DNA of 64,000 bases from assembly GCA_027474245.1 (NCBI GenBank), contig CM049899.1:1212536-1276535 (forward strand), given 5' to 3'. Below the pieces are notes generated by a model. The model saw only the letters and a program-made list of their open reading frames with translations. It was not told the DNA's origin and did no database searches. Source of the DNA: Spheniscus humboldti (taxonomy: Eukaryota). The first letter of the stretch is position 1; each line of letters opens with the position of its first letter. Positions 14,701 through 28,600 of the stretch are shown piece by piece. The position numbers and the translations under genes are program-made.

Positions 14701-17700
14701 TCCCACTGATAATTTCCTCAATAATTGACAAGTGCACATTACAACTCCAGTGGTCTGTTTACTGCACATAAAAGAAAACAACTCCTTTTCAGCTGGTGTA
14801 CATATCCAAATAAACTCAAATAGTGTAACTTGCAAAGAGCTATGTCAGCTTAAACTTTATCTGTAGTGCCCTACTGGATAACTGCAGAGCTGCGGATGCT
14901 CAGAAATACTGGGGCACAACTCTTGGCCTGCCTGCAATGTTCCTGGCTCTCTCAGCTATCTGGGCAGAAGTAGAAACTATTCTTGGTTTTAGAGCAAGAC
15001 TGACTAGAGTTCAAATTTTCTTTTGCAGACTGACACCCAGAAGCTAAACCAAAACAAGCCACACCTGCGGATGAATGACTGCTAGGCATGTCCACACCAA
15101 CAGACCTCTCCCAACACACACTTTGAGCAATTAATACCCCAAGTCAACATTTGAAGTTGAACCTGGCCACAAATTTTAAAACAATGTAATTTGGGGGTCA
15201 AACTGATGTAAGTCTTTTCTTCTTAAAAAACTCACAAACTGAAAGAAAGAAAACCACACACTCTTCTCTGCTACATTGGATATCACATTCCTTCAGTCAA
15301 GCTTTTATTGCATTTCAGAAATAGTATAACAAACCCCAACAGAAAATATCTCATCATTGCTTTTTCTCCTTAAAAAGCAACTCTGACCACCTGACTGCTC
15401 ATTGCAATCAAAGGAAGATGTGACCTGACCCTTCAAGCATTCTGGATGCGTAGGTGGGACTAAACAGTGTTTGTGAATCAAGAACATGCATGCTCCTTGA
15501 GACAGGCAGGTCAAGTTTGCCACCAGGTCCCCACATCGGCATTTGCTAACACTGTTCAGCTTCGGGTACAACTGAGCTGCGTTCAGTTAACGTGAAAGCA
15601 TCTCCTAGTAACAGCCAGTATCAACCCAAGAACTATAACGTAAATGGAAGAAAACTCAAACTGTGCCCCCTTCTCCTTACGCTGGGTTAGGATTTGTGAC
15701 AGGAATTTGATTCCACAGTTTGGAAAAGCTCCACGGTTGCAGCCAAAAGGATCTGGAGCTTCCTGGGTCTCAGAGTAATTCTAGAGCTAAAGTAGTGATA
15801 GGCATCAACTTTAGATCAGATAATACATGCCAACACTCATCACTGACCCAAGGCGGCAACCTCCTCCTGTCCTACCCAAGGGTTTAAAATGCAACACACT
15901 TTCTTCCTAAAACAGGACACTACCTTATTTATTTGTAACACCATTGACAAATTTCTTCCTTGAGATGGGACTAGGGATACATTACACAAGCAGTCAAGCC
16001 ACTGGTTGGAAGCATTGGAGCCTTTTCGGTACTGTTTTATCACCACGGTTGGCATGAGAAGGAAAATGAAGGACACGAGAGATGGTGAGACATTTAATCT
16101 ACAATGGAGATAGCTATGGTGAACAAGTAAGGCTGAGACCAAGTCCTTTTTCTCAGGGGAAAAGTACACACCAACTAAATAACTGCTGAACAGACCAGTA
16201 TAATTTAAAGTTATACAGGAAAAAAGATTTGAGGAACACAACATAAGAACTGACTACCGCAACACTTCTTTTGTATAGTACTAAAGTGGAAACACACTAC
16301 ACAAGTGTATGTACTGCATATATATTTTATATAGACATTAATGTCTATATATATTTATATAGACATTATGTATTATAATAGTCATATATTTCTGTGCATA
16401 TAAACACCTATAAAATCCAAACCTTTACTCTTCCTCTGGCCATACACATCTTTCACGTCAATGTACACCAAGAAGAATTCATAAAATCCAAAAGTAATTA
16501 TCTACAAGATTCCACTAAAACCTGTAGCTAAGAAATATTTCGGAGAGACCGCCACAAAATTCATGAAGAATGCAGACAAAAATCACCAGCAAAGGAACAT
16601 TAAAAGCACAATGTTCCCAAATCTGAATATATATACACACATTTTTTTGGAGATGAATCCTTAAGTTTTGCCCGTTAGATTATTTTTTAATAATCTACTG
16701 AAATAGTTTTTGCCACTGGTATCAAACAGCACCTGGTTCCCAAGTCTCCAATCATCAAGATCATTAATTGCAAGTAGTTGTTTCTACAATTACCCTGTTA
16801 CATTTACCTGGACATGCTGAGGGTTGACAGCAGACAAGAATTGTGACCTGTGCTGGCACTTACTGCACCACTTCTGTACCGACATGATCAGATGAATGCC
16901 AGAATTTCATCCGTCTTCATTCGGTGCAGCCATCCCATGAGATCCATCGCTGTCCGCCCCCAGGAAACACTGCTCATCCTCAAATACTCCGACAGACTGC
17001 ACCCCTAAGCAGGGCATTATTTTAGTTCTGAATCAGGTAAGCACAGCATCGAAGCAGAGCAATGAAAATGCCTTAGTTAACATTTACAAAGTTTGCAGCA
17101 CACCAGGTGTTTTCCATCCCATTAACAACTTAGGACATACTCACCACTCTTGCATATTACGTGCTTTACGCGTGTCTGTGCATACGTACTGGCACATGTG
17201 CATGCATACCCCTACACTACTACATTTCTTTCCTCCCCTCTACTTTCTAGCACAGAGGTATCAAGCTCAATGTCAAGTTAAACACATGCAAGCAGTAAGG
17301 CACCAATTCACGTCAGACCATCAGATATTATCTTGGCATCCAAGCTAACACGCACATCACCACCCCGAGTCTCAAAAATAACAAGACTAACGTTTCATGA
17401 AACTTACTGTCAAGTGCCAGAGCTGCCACAATCTGAAGCGGCACTACGAAGGGAATTCTCATGTGCATCTCTCTCTCTCTTCCCCCCACCCCCCACTACT
17501 GTTTACCTACACTACCCGTAAACATCATTTTCCTGATGCAGTACTTTAACCCACATGTTTTCAGCACAGCAACAACAATCATAAGCAATAGTGCCTCCAG
17601 TTCTTTTGGGGACACTAAAAATAATGCAACTTTTTTTTCCCCCTCCAGACACCAGCGGTTATTGACGTTTCCCACCTCCTGGAACCAGAATCCAGTTGTT

Positions 17701-18167
17701 GTGGGCTACCTCTGGTAACCCACACCTATAAAACCAATGCTAGCTGCACCATTTATCAAGGCGAGCAAGCAAGAAGCAGTGCTGTGGCCAGATTCAGTAC
17801 AGTGTCCTATCAAGGGAGCCATGTGGAAGTACAGCTACAATCTCCCTGTAGATAAAGGAGCAGCAAGAAGGTCGCTTCCCAGGTCTCAGAGTAATTCTAG
17901 AGCAAAACCAAATCATCTTCAGATTTATGCTCAGATAATACATGCCAACACCCATCACAGACCCAGGGGAACTAACAAAGCAGCCCCCTTTGTACCTCAC
18001 AGGGGACAGCAGGGCAGGAGAGGAGCAGCTGGGGAGCACACACCCAACCTCTAACTCTCAACAAGGGAGTGAGGGTTGTTACTCTTAATAAAAGCACAGC
18101 TGCGCTGAAATAAGCCCATACTTACACAGTCGCCTTTCCTTGTCCCATACAAAGCTATATGGGCCAC

Positions 18168-18701
18168 TGTCCTGGTTTCGGCAGGGATAGAGTTAATTCC
18201 CTTCCTAGTAGCTGGTACAGTGCTGTGTTTTGGATTTAGGATGAGAACAAAGTTGATAACGCACCCATGTTTTAGTTGCTGCTAGGTAGTGCTTACGCTA
18301 GTCAAGGACTTTTCAGCTTCCCATGCTCTCCCAACTGAGAAAGCTGCAGGTGCCCAAGAAGCTGGGAGGGGGCACAGCCAAATTGGCCAAAGAAACATTC
18401 CATACCATGTGACGTCATGCTCAGTACATAAACTGGGGAAAGCTGGCCAGGGGGGGCCGCTGCTCAGGGACTGGCTGGGCATCGGTCAGTGGGTGGTGAG
18501 CAATTGCACTGTGCATCACTTGCTTTGTGTATTATTATCATATTATCATCATTTTATTTCAATTATTAAACTGTTTTTATCTCAACCCACGAGTTTTTCT
18601 CACTTGTGCTCTTTCCCAATTCTCTCCCCCATCCCACCGGGTGGGGGGGAGTGAGCGAGCGGCTGCGTGGTGCTTAGTTGCCGACTAAGGTTAAACCACA
18701 A
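18168..18701 (+). mobile_element. Solo LTR, copy in unit 3
   Basis: Same sequence at a +13816 offset. Confidence 0.85.
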
Positions 18702-21700
18702 GAGCCACGTGTTTCTCCAAAAGTAACATGCTTGGCCATCAGGTTTTCTCACTGCGTCCTGTCACGGTGTCACCTTCAAAAAGCACCAACAAAGTGTCAG
18801 TTGTGGTGTCAGCTCAGGCGCTTTCCGTGCCCGAGGGTAATTTGGGCAACTCACCAGCAGTAAGTGCCCGTCTGGACACAGACCTTTCTCCATCGACCCC
18901 GACTTGCTTCCTGGCCTGACAAAACCTCCCGACAAGGCTGAGGTGAACCACCACTGGCCCCTCCGACCAGCAGAAGACCCAGACCCCGCTGAGGGGGCCC
19001 GACGCAGACCCCGAGGCCTCCCCGGGGGCAGGCAGCCACCCAGGGCCACTAAAGCAGGGTCCTGCCAGGCACTGCCTGCTACCCTGCCCCGCGGCATGAC
19101 GCTCCAATGCCTTCATTAATAACCATTTCAAATTCTCTCAAAACCCTTCTGCTACCTATTCTGACACCACTGTCTGAAGAAAGTTCCTACTGTATTTGCA
19201 AGCTGAAACACAGTCCTACAAGTTGTTCCCCGATTTTCATAATTGAACAGACTCACAGAATCATTTAGGTTGGAAGGGACTTCTTGAGATCATCTAGTCC
19301 AACCCCACGTATGGAATTCTGCAATATTTTTTTTATTTTTATCAACGAGAGGATGTGTAATACATTCAATAATTATTTAATTTTTATTTCATGATCTCAG
19401 ATCAAATTAATTTTGAAGGATTACATTGCACTACCTACATACAATGACTTGTGATCTACGACTGCTGTGCCTAGGTACCCTTTTCAGCCAAAAGGGTACA
19501 AAGGCCACTAAAAAGTAAAGTCTGTAATTAGACACAAATACTGATTTCACACAACAGAATTCTCGATCATAAGCAGCCAAACGACAGCAGTTTTTTGGCT
19601 GTTGTGAGGACAAGTTACAATGAAATAATGTAACTCGCTCATTCATCAATCATATGAAGATACAACAGGAGAATTACATCAATACTATTTCCAAAACGGT
19701 CATTTTAGTCACATAATAGATTTGTAATATTCACTTATCTTACTACACTGCTAATCTACTATTTTGTACTTGTGATAACAGAAAAGTCTCATTATATTTT
19801 CTCAAATTAATCTCTACATTTCAGTCTCCTGCTGAACTTCTCAGCTGGTTTTTGTTACCAGACCTCTCCAAAACCCTATTACTGGAGCTAAATAGCAAAT
19901 GTATCAATGTAACATCAAGTACAAGCCTGAGCATGCAAGCTGAGCATACACTGCCATGACTCCCCCGCTACTCACCTGTTGTCAATTTAACACAAAGGAC
20001 TCCACCTACTCTGACCAACTTCTCATGAAGTACCAAGATGGATCTGTAGCCAGAGGGATAACCAATTTCACTACTAACCTGTAAGACAGGGACATACAAA
20101 CTTCAGAAAGGGACACAAGATCAAGTACGCCTCTAGTAATGAAAATTAGATGGGTAATATAAATAGGCTATGGTAAAATAGGCTATCTGGAAGGAAAACC
20201 AAGGTACAGACGTATACTTTTAAATTGACTTGCTAAAAAGGGGAAGGCCTTCTTTGGCATGAAAATTGGCCATCTGATTGGCTATGCCATGACTTCTAAA
20301 AAGCAAGCAGAAAAATTCTAGAGACAGGGAAATGCTTTAAGTCCAGAAGTGCCTCCTCTTTGCCTCGAACAGAGAAGAGGTTTGCCAGCTTCCCAAGTAA
20401 CAGGGACTTTCCAGACTTCTCTAGGGTGGGAAGAAGGAAGGCTGCCTAATTTGGATTACTTAATACCTGTTTGGGTTGGGTTTTGTTCCCTGCCCCCCCA
20501 CCCCCCACCAAATTATAACCTCCCAAGTCTCTGCCTGGCTTTCAGATCTCTCCACCTATTTGTTTGTTTACTTTAACTAAGGGACAGGCATTTGGCAAAC
20601 AAGGAAGGTACATCAATGGGCATCACCGATGGATTTCTGACCAGTACACCCTGGTGTGATACCGGGAACGCCTGCACCATGACGGAGTGGTAAGGGGGAA
20701 CACCCTCACCATCAGCTAAAGCACAGTGACACCACCTCCACTGTTCTTCCTCCAAGGAAGACTGAGCAAGGGATGTGTGGACTTCTGAAAGTCAGTCTAG
20801 ATTATTATTATTATTGTATCATGCACCAATTATTAAGCATTTGGTCAGATCTGCAGAGGATCTAGGTGACTGAAAAGTCTAAGGAACTGAAAGTTTAGGC
20901 AATAGGAAAGCTATGCTCGTTGCTAGAAAATTCTGCGTAGCAGTAAGCCACCCTGATTCCCATAGTCCTTCTAGAATAAAGCAGCTCTAAGTATAACTAC
21001 AACCCTGTGGCCAGTTCTCATTCTACCAAGGAGCCTTAACATCAAGAGCCCGGCTGTCCCCATAGCAGCAGGTAGTGTCAGGTGACACAGGTGTCGGAAA
21101 GAAACTTTTATAGGCCATATGTGATGCTGGCTAATTTAAAATATCTCCACATAAAGAAAAACTCACCCATCCTGCATGTGATTCAGAACCAAATCCTCCA
21201 TCTGAGCTCATACAGGCAAAAAACCAAATCCTACTGCTTTCCCCACATCAAGAGCTTCCAGTTTTCCCTGCAAGGCAGAATAGCAACTAATGCACTGTAT
21301 ATCCTAACCAAGCTCACTACTGCAGAAGCTTCAGTAGTGCTAATGAGAAGAATCTGTACTTGTACAAGCGATGATATAGGCCTTACCAGAAGTGCCAAGA
21401 TTGCTGCAGCGCTGAGGGAGAACCTTGTAGCTGTTTCTCCTAGAACGTAGGGGGGTAGGGGATGAAATAAGTAGGTTGTTTTTTTTTAACAACAAAAATA
21501 AATTCAAATCACCATTGAAAATATGGAACAAAATGCTACAACCCCAGGTTTTACATCGAACAGAAAATAACCTAACTAAAAAGTGCCCCTGTACTGCTTC
21601 CTTTTCCATCCCACTGATAATTTCCTCAATAATTGACAAGTGCACATTACAACTCCAGTGGTCTGTTTACTGCACATAAAAGAAAACAACTCCTTTTCAG

Positions 21701-24700
21701 CTGGTGTACATATCCAAATAAACTCAAATAGTGTAACTTGCAAAGAGCTATGTCAGCTTAAACTTTATCTGTAGTGCCCTACTGGATAACTGCAGAGCTG
21801 CGGATGCTCAGAAATACTGGGGCACAACTCTTGGCCTGCCTGCAATGTTCCTGGCTCTCTCAGCTATCTGGGCAGAAGTAGAAACTATTCTTGGTTTTAG
21901 AGCAAGACTGACTAGAGTTCAAATTTTCTTTTGCAGACTGACACCCAGAAGCTAAACCAAAACAAGCCACACCTGCGGATGAATGACTGCTAGGCATGTC
22001 CACACCAACAGACCTCTCCCAACACACACTTTGAGCAATTAATACCCCAAGTCAACATTTGAAGTTGAACCTGGCCACAAATTTTAAAACAATGTAATTT
22101 GGGGGTCAAACTGATGTAAGTCTTTTCTTCTTAAAAAACTCACAAACTGAAAGAAAGAAAACCACACACTCTTCTCTGCTACATTGGATATCACATTCCT
22201 TCAGTCAAGCTTTTATTGCATTTCAGAAATAGTATAACAAACCCCAACAGAAAATATCTCATCATTGCTTTTTCTCCTTAAAAAGCAACTCTGACCACCT
22301 GACTGCTCATTGCAATCAAAGGAAGATGTGACCTGACCCTTCAAGCATTCTGGATGCGTAGGTGGGACTAAACAGTGTTTGTGAATCAAGAACATGCATG
22401 CTCCTTGAGACAGGCAGGTCAAGTTTGCCACCAGGTCCCCACATCGGCATTTGCTAACACTGTTCAGCTTCGGGTACAACTGAGCTGCGTTCAGTTAACG
22501 TGAAAGCATCTCCTAGTAACAGCCAGTATCAACCCAAGAACTATAACGTAAATGGAAGAAAACTCAAACTGTGCCCCCTTCTCCTTACGCTGGGTTAGGA
22601 TTTGTGACAGGAATTTGATTCCACAGTTTGGAAAAGCTCCACGGTTGCAGCCAAAAGGATCTGGAGCTTCCTGGGTCTCAGAGTAATTCTAGAGCTAAAG
22701 TAGTGATAGGCATCAACTTTAGATCAGATAATACATGCCAACACTCATCACTGACCCAAGGCGGCAACCTCCTCCTGTCCTACCCAAGGGTTTAAAATGC
22801 AACACACTTTCTTCCTAAAACAGGACACTACCTTATTTATTTGTAACACCATTGACAAATTTCTTCCTTGAGATGGGACTAGGGATACATTACACAAGCA
22901 GTCAAGCCACTGGTTGGAAGCATTGGAGCCTTTTCGGTACTGTTTTATCACCACGGTTGGCATGAGAAGGAAAATGAAGGACACGAGAGATGGTGAGACA
23001 TTTAATCTACAATGGAGATAGCTATGGTGAACAAGTAAGGCTGAGACCAAGTCCTTTTTCTCAGGGGAAAAGTACACACCAACTAAATAACTGCTGAACA
23101 GACCAGTATAATTTAAAGTTATACAGGAAAAAAGATTTGAGGAACACAACATAAGAACTGACTACCGCAACACTTCTTTTGTATAGTACTAAAGTGGAAA
23201 CACACTACACAAGTGTATGTACTGCATATATATTTTATATAGACATTAATGTCTATATATATTTATATAGACATTATGTATTATAATAGTCATATATTTC
23301 TGTGCATATAAACACCTATAAAATCCAAACCTTTACTCTTCCTCTGGCCATACACATCTTTCACGTCAATGTACACCAAGAAGAATTCATAAAATCCAAA
23401 AGTAATTATCTACAAGATTCCACTAAAACCTGTAGCTAAGAAATATTTCGGAGAGACCGCCACAAAATTCATGAAGAATGCAGACAAAAATCACCAGCAA
23501 AGGAACATTAAAAGCACAATGTTCCCAAATCTGAATATATATACACACATTTTTTTGGAGATGAATCCTTAAGTTTTGCCCGTTAGATTATTTTTTAATA
23601 ATCTACTGAAATAGTTTTTGCCACTGGTATCAAACAGCACCTGGTTCCCAAGTCTCCAATCATCAAGATCATTAATTGCAAGTAGTTGTTTCTACAATTA
23701 CCCTGTTACATTTACCTGGACATGCTGAGGGTTGACAGCAGACAAGAATTGTGACCTGTGCTGGCACTTACTGCACCACTTCTGTACCGACATGATCAGA
23801 TGAATGCCAGAATTTCATCCGTCTTCATTCGGTGCAGCCATCCCATGAGATCCATCGCTGTCCGCCCCCAGGAAACACTGCTCATCCTCAAATACTCCGA
23901 CAGACTGCACCCCTAAGCAGGGCATTATTTTAGTTCTGAATCAGGTAAGCACAGCATCGAAGCAGAGCAATGAAAATGCCTTAGTTAACATTTACAAAGT
24001 TTGCAGCACACCAGGTGTTTTCCATCCCATTAACAACTTAGGACATACTCACCACTCTTGCATATTACGTGCTTTACGCGTGTCTGTGCATACGTACTGG
24101 CACATGTGCATGCATACCCCTACACTACTACATTTCTTTCCTCCCCTCTACTTTCTAGCACAGAGGTATCAAGCTCAATGTCAAGTTAAACACATGCAAG
24201 CAGTAAGGCACCAATTCACGTCAGACCATCAGATATTATCTTGGCATCCAAGCTAACACGCACATCACCACCCCGAGTCTCAAAAATAACAAGACTAACG
24301 TTTCATGAAACTTACTGTCAAGTGCCAGAGCTGCCACAATCTGAAGCGGCACTACGAAGGGAATTCTCATGTGCATCTCTCTCTCTCTTCCCCCCACCCC
24401 CCACTACTGTTTACCTACACTACCCGTAAACATCATTTTCCTGATGCAGTACTTTAACCCACATGTTTTCAGCACAGCAACAACAATCATAAGCAATAGT
24501 GCCTCCAGTTCTTTTGGGGACACTAAAAATAATGCAACTTTTTTTTCCCCCTCCAGACACCAGCGGTTATTGACGTTTCCCACCTCCTGGAACCAGAATC
24601 CAGTTGTTGTGGGCTACCTCTGGTAACCCACACCTATAAAACCAATGCTAGCTGCACCATTTATCAAGGCGAGCAAGCAAGAAGCAGTGCTGTGGCCAGA

Positions 24701-25075
24701 TTCAGTACAGTGTCCTATCAAGGGAGCCATGTGGAAGTACAGCTACAATCTCCCTGTAGATAAAGGAGCAGCAAGAAGGTCGCTTCCCAGGTCTCAGAGT
24801 AATTCTAGAGCAAAACCAAATCATCTTCAGATTTATGCTCAGATAATACATGCCAACACCCATCACAGACCCAGGGGAACTAACAAAGCAGCCCCCTTTG
24901 TACCTCACAGGGGACAGCAGGGCAGGAGAGGAGCAGCTGGGGAGCACACACCCAACCTCTAACTCTCAACAAGGGAGTGAGGGTTGTTACTCTTAATAAA
25001 AGCACAGCTGCGCTGAAATAAGCCCATACTTACACAGTCGCCTTTCCTTGTCCCATACAAAGCTATATGGGCCAC

Positions 25076-25609
25076 TGTCCTGGTTTCGGCAGGGATAGAG
25101 TTAATTCCCTTCCTAGTAGCTGGTACAGTGCTGTGTTTTGGATTTAGGATGAGAACAAAGTTGATAACGCACCCATGTTTTAGTTGCTGCTAGGTAGTGC
25201 TTACGCTAGTCAAGGACTTTTCAGCTTCCCATGCTCTCCCAACTGAGAAAGCTGCAGGTGCCCAAGAAGCTGGGAGGGGGCACAGCCAAATTGGCCAAAG
25301 AAACATTCCATACCATGTGACGTCATGCTCAGTACATAAACTGGGGAAAGCTGGCCAGGGGGGGCCGCTGCTCAGGGACTGGCTGGGCATCGGTCAGTGG
25401 GTGGTGAGCAATTGCACTGTGCATCACTTGCTTTGTGTATTATTATCATATTATCATCATTTTATTTCAATTATTAAACTGTTTTTATCTCAACCCACGA
25501 GTTTTTCTCACTTGTGCTCTTTCCCAATTCTCTCCCCCATCCCACCGGGTGGGGGGGAGTGAGCGAGCGGCTGCGTGGTGCTTAGTTGCCGACTAAGGTT
25601 AAACCACAA
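25076..25609 (+). mobile_element. Solo LTR, copy in unit 4
   Basis: Same sequence at a +20724 offset. Confidence 0.85.
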
Positions 25610-28600
25610 GAGCCACGTGTTTCTCCAAAAGTAACATGCTTGGCCATCAGGTTTTCTCACCGCGTCCTGTCACGGTGTCACCTTCAAAAAGCACCAACAA
25701 AGTGTCAGTTGTGGTGTCAGCTCAGGCGCTTTCCGTGCCCGAGGGTAATTTGGGCAACTCACCAGCAGTAAGTGCCCGTCTGGACACAGACCTTTCTCCA
25801 TCGACCCCGACTTGCTTCCTGGCCTGACAAAACCTCCCGACAAGGCTGAGGTGAACCACCACTGGCCCCTCCGACCAGCAGAAGACCCAGACCCCGCTGA
25901 GGGGGCCCGACGCAGACCCCGAGGCCTCCCCGGGGGCAGGCAGCCACCCAGGGCCACTAAAGCAGGGTCCTGCCAGGCACTGCCTGCTACCCTGCCCCGC
26001 GGCATGACGCTCCAATGCCTTCATTAATAACCATTTCAAATTCTCTCAAAACCCTTCTGCTACCTATTCTGACACCACTGTCTGAAGAAAGTTCCTACTG
26101 TATTTGCAAGCTGAAACACAGTCCTACAAGTTGTTCCCCGATTTTCATAATTGAACAGACTCACAGAATCATTTAGGTTGGAAGGGACTTCTTGAGATCA
26201 TCTAGTCCAACCCCACGTATGGAATTCTGCAATATTTTTTTTATTTTTATCAACGAGAGGATGTGTAATACATTCAATAATTATTTAATTTTTATTTCAT
26301 GATCTCAGATCAAATTAATTTTGAAGGATTACATTGCACTACCTACATACAATGACTTGTGATCTACGACTGCTGTGCCTAGGTACCCTTTTCAGCCAAA
26401 AGGGTACAAAGGCCACTAAAAAGTAAAGTCTGTAATTAGACACAAATACTGATTTCACACAACAGAATTCTCGATCATAAGCAGCCAAACGACAGCAGTT
26501 TTTTGGCTGTTGTGAGGACAAGTTACAATGAAATAATGTAACTCGCTCATTCATCAATCATATGAAGATACAACAGGAGAATTACATCAATACTATTTCC
26601 AAAACGGTCATTTTAGTCACATAATAGATTTGTAATATTCACTTATCTTACTACACTGCTAATCTACTATTTTGTACTTGTGATAACAGAAAAGTCTCAT
26701 TATATTTTCTCAAATTAATCTCTACATTTCAGTCTCCTGCTGAACTTCTCAGCTGGTTTTTGTTACCAGACCTCTCCAAAACCCTATTACTGGAGCTAAA
26801 TAGCAAATGTATCAATGTAACATCAAGTACAAGCCTGAGCATGCAAGCTGAGCATACACTGCCATGACTCCCCCGCTACTCACCTGTTGTCAATTTAACA
26901 CAAAGGACTCCACCTACTCTGACCAACTTCTCATGAAGTACCAAGATGGATCTGTAGCCAGAGGGATAACCAATTTCACTACTAACCTGTAAGACAGGGA
27001 CATACAAACTTCAGAAAGGGACACAAGATCAAGTACGCCTCTAGTAATGAAAATTAGATGGGTAATATAAATAGGCTATGGTAAAATAGGCTATCTGGAA
27101 GGAAAACCAAGGTACAGACGTATACTTTTAAATTGACTTGCTAAAAAGGGGAAGGCCTTCTTTGGCATGAAAATTGGCCATCTGATTGGCTATGCCATGA
27201 CTTCTAAAAAGCAAGCAGAAAAATTCTAGAGACAGGGAAATGCTTTAAGTCCAGAAGTGCCTCCTCTTTGCCTCGAACAGAGAAGAGGTTTGCCAGCTTC
27301 CCAAGTAACAGGGACTTTCCAGACTTCTCTAGGGTGGGAAGAAGGAAGGCTGCCTAATTTGGATTACTTAATACCTGTTTGGGTTGGGTTTTGTTCCCTG
27401 CCCCCCCACCCCCCACCAAATTATAACCTCCCAAGTCTCTGCCTGGCTTTCAGATCTCTCCACCTATTTGTTTGTTTACTTTAACTAAGGGACAGGCATT
27501 TGGCAAACAAGGAAGGTACATCAATGGGCATCACCGATGGATTTCTGACCAGTACACCCTGGTGTGATACCGGGAACGCCTGCACCATGACGGAGTGGTA
27601 AGGGGGAACACCCTCACCATCAGCTAAAGCACAGTGACACCACCTCCACTGTTCTTCCTCCAAGGAAGACTGAGCAAGGGATGTGTGGACTTCTGAAAGT
27701 CAGTCTAGATTATTATTATTATTGTATCATGCACCAATTATTAAGCATTTGGTCAGATCTGCAGAGGATCTAGGTGACTGAAAAGTCTAAGGAACTGAAA
27801 GTTTAGGCAATAGGAAAGCTATGCTCGTTGCTAGAAAATTCTGCGTAGCAGTAAGCCACCCTGATTCCCATAGTCCTTCTAGAATAAAGCAGCTCTAAGT
27901 ATAACTACAACCCTGTGGCCAGTTCTCATTCTACCAAGGAGCCTTAACATCAAGAGCCCGGCTGTCCCCATAGCAGCAGGTAGTGTCAGGTGACACAGGT
28001 GTCGGAAAGAAACTTTTATAGGCCATATGTGATGCTGGCTAATTTAAAATATCTCCACATAAAGAAAAACTCACCCATCCTGCATGTGATTCAGAACCAA
28101 ATCCTCCATCTGAGCTCATACAGGCAAAAAACCAAATCCTACTGCTTTCCCCACATCAAGAGCTTCCAGTTTTCCCTGCAAGGCAGAATAGCAACTAATG
28201 CACTGTATATCCTAACCAAGCTCACTACTGCAGAAGCTTCAGTAGTGCTAATGAGAAGAATCTGTACTTGTACAAGCGATGATATAGGCCTTACCAGAAG
28301 TGCCAAGATTGCTGCAGCGCTGAGGGAGAACCTTGTAGCTGTTTCTCCTAGAACGTAGGGGGGTAGGGGATGAAATAAGTAGGTTTTTTTTTTTTAACAA
28401 CAAAAATAAATTCAAATCACCATTGAAAATATGGAACAAAATGCTACAACCCCAGGTTTTACATCGAACAGAAAATAACCTAACTAAAAAGTGCCCCTGT
28501 ACTGCTTCCTTTTCCATCCCACTGATAATTTCCTCAATAATTGACAAGTGCACATTACAACTCCAGTGGTCTGTTTACTGCACATAAAAGAAAACAACTC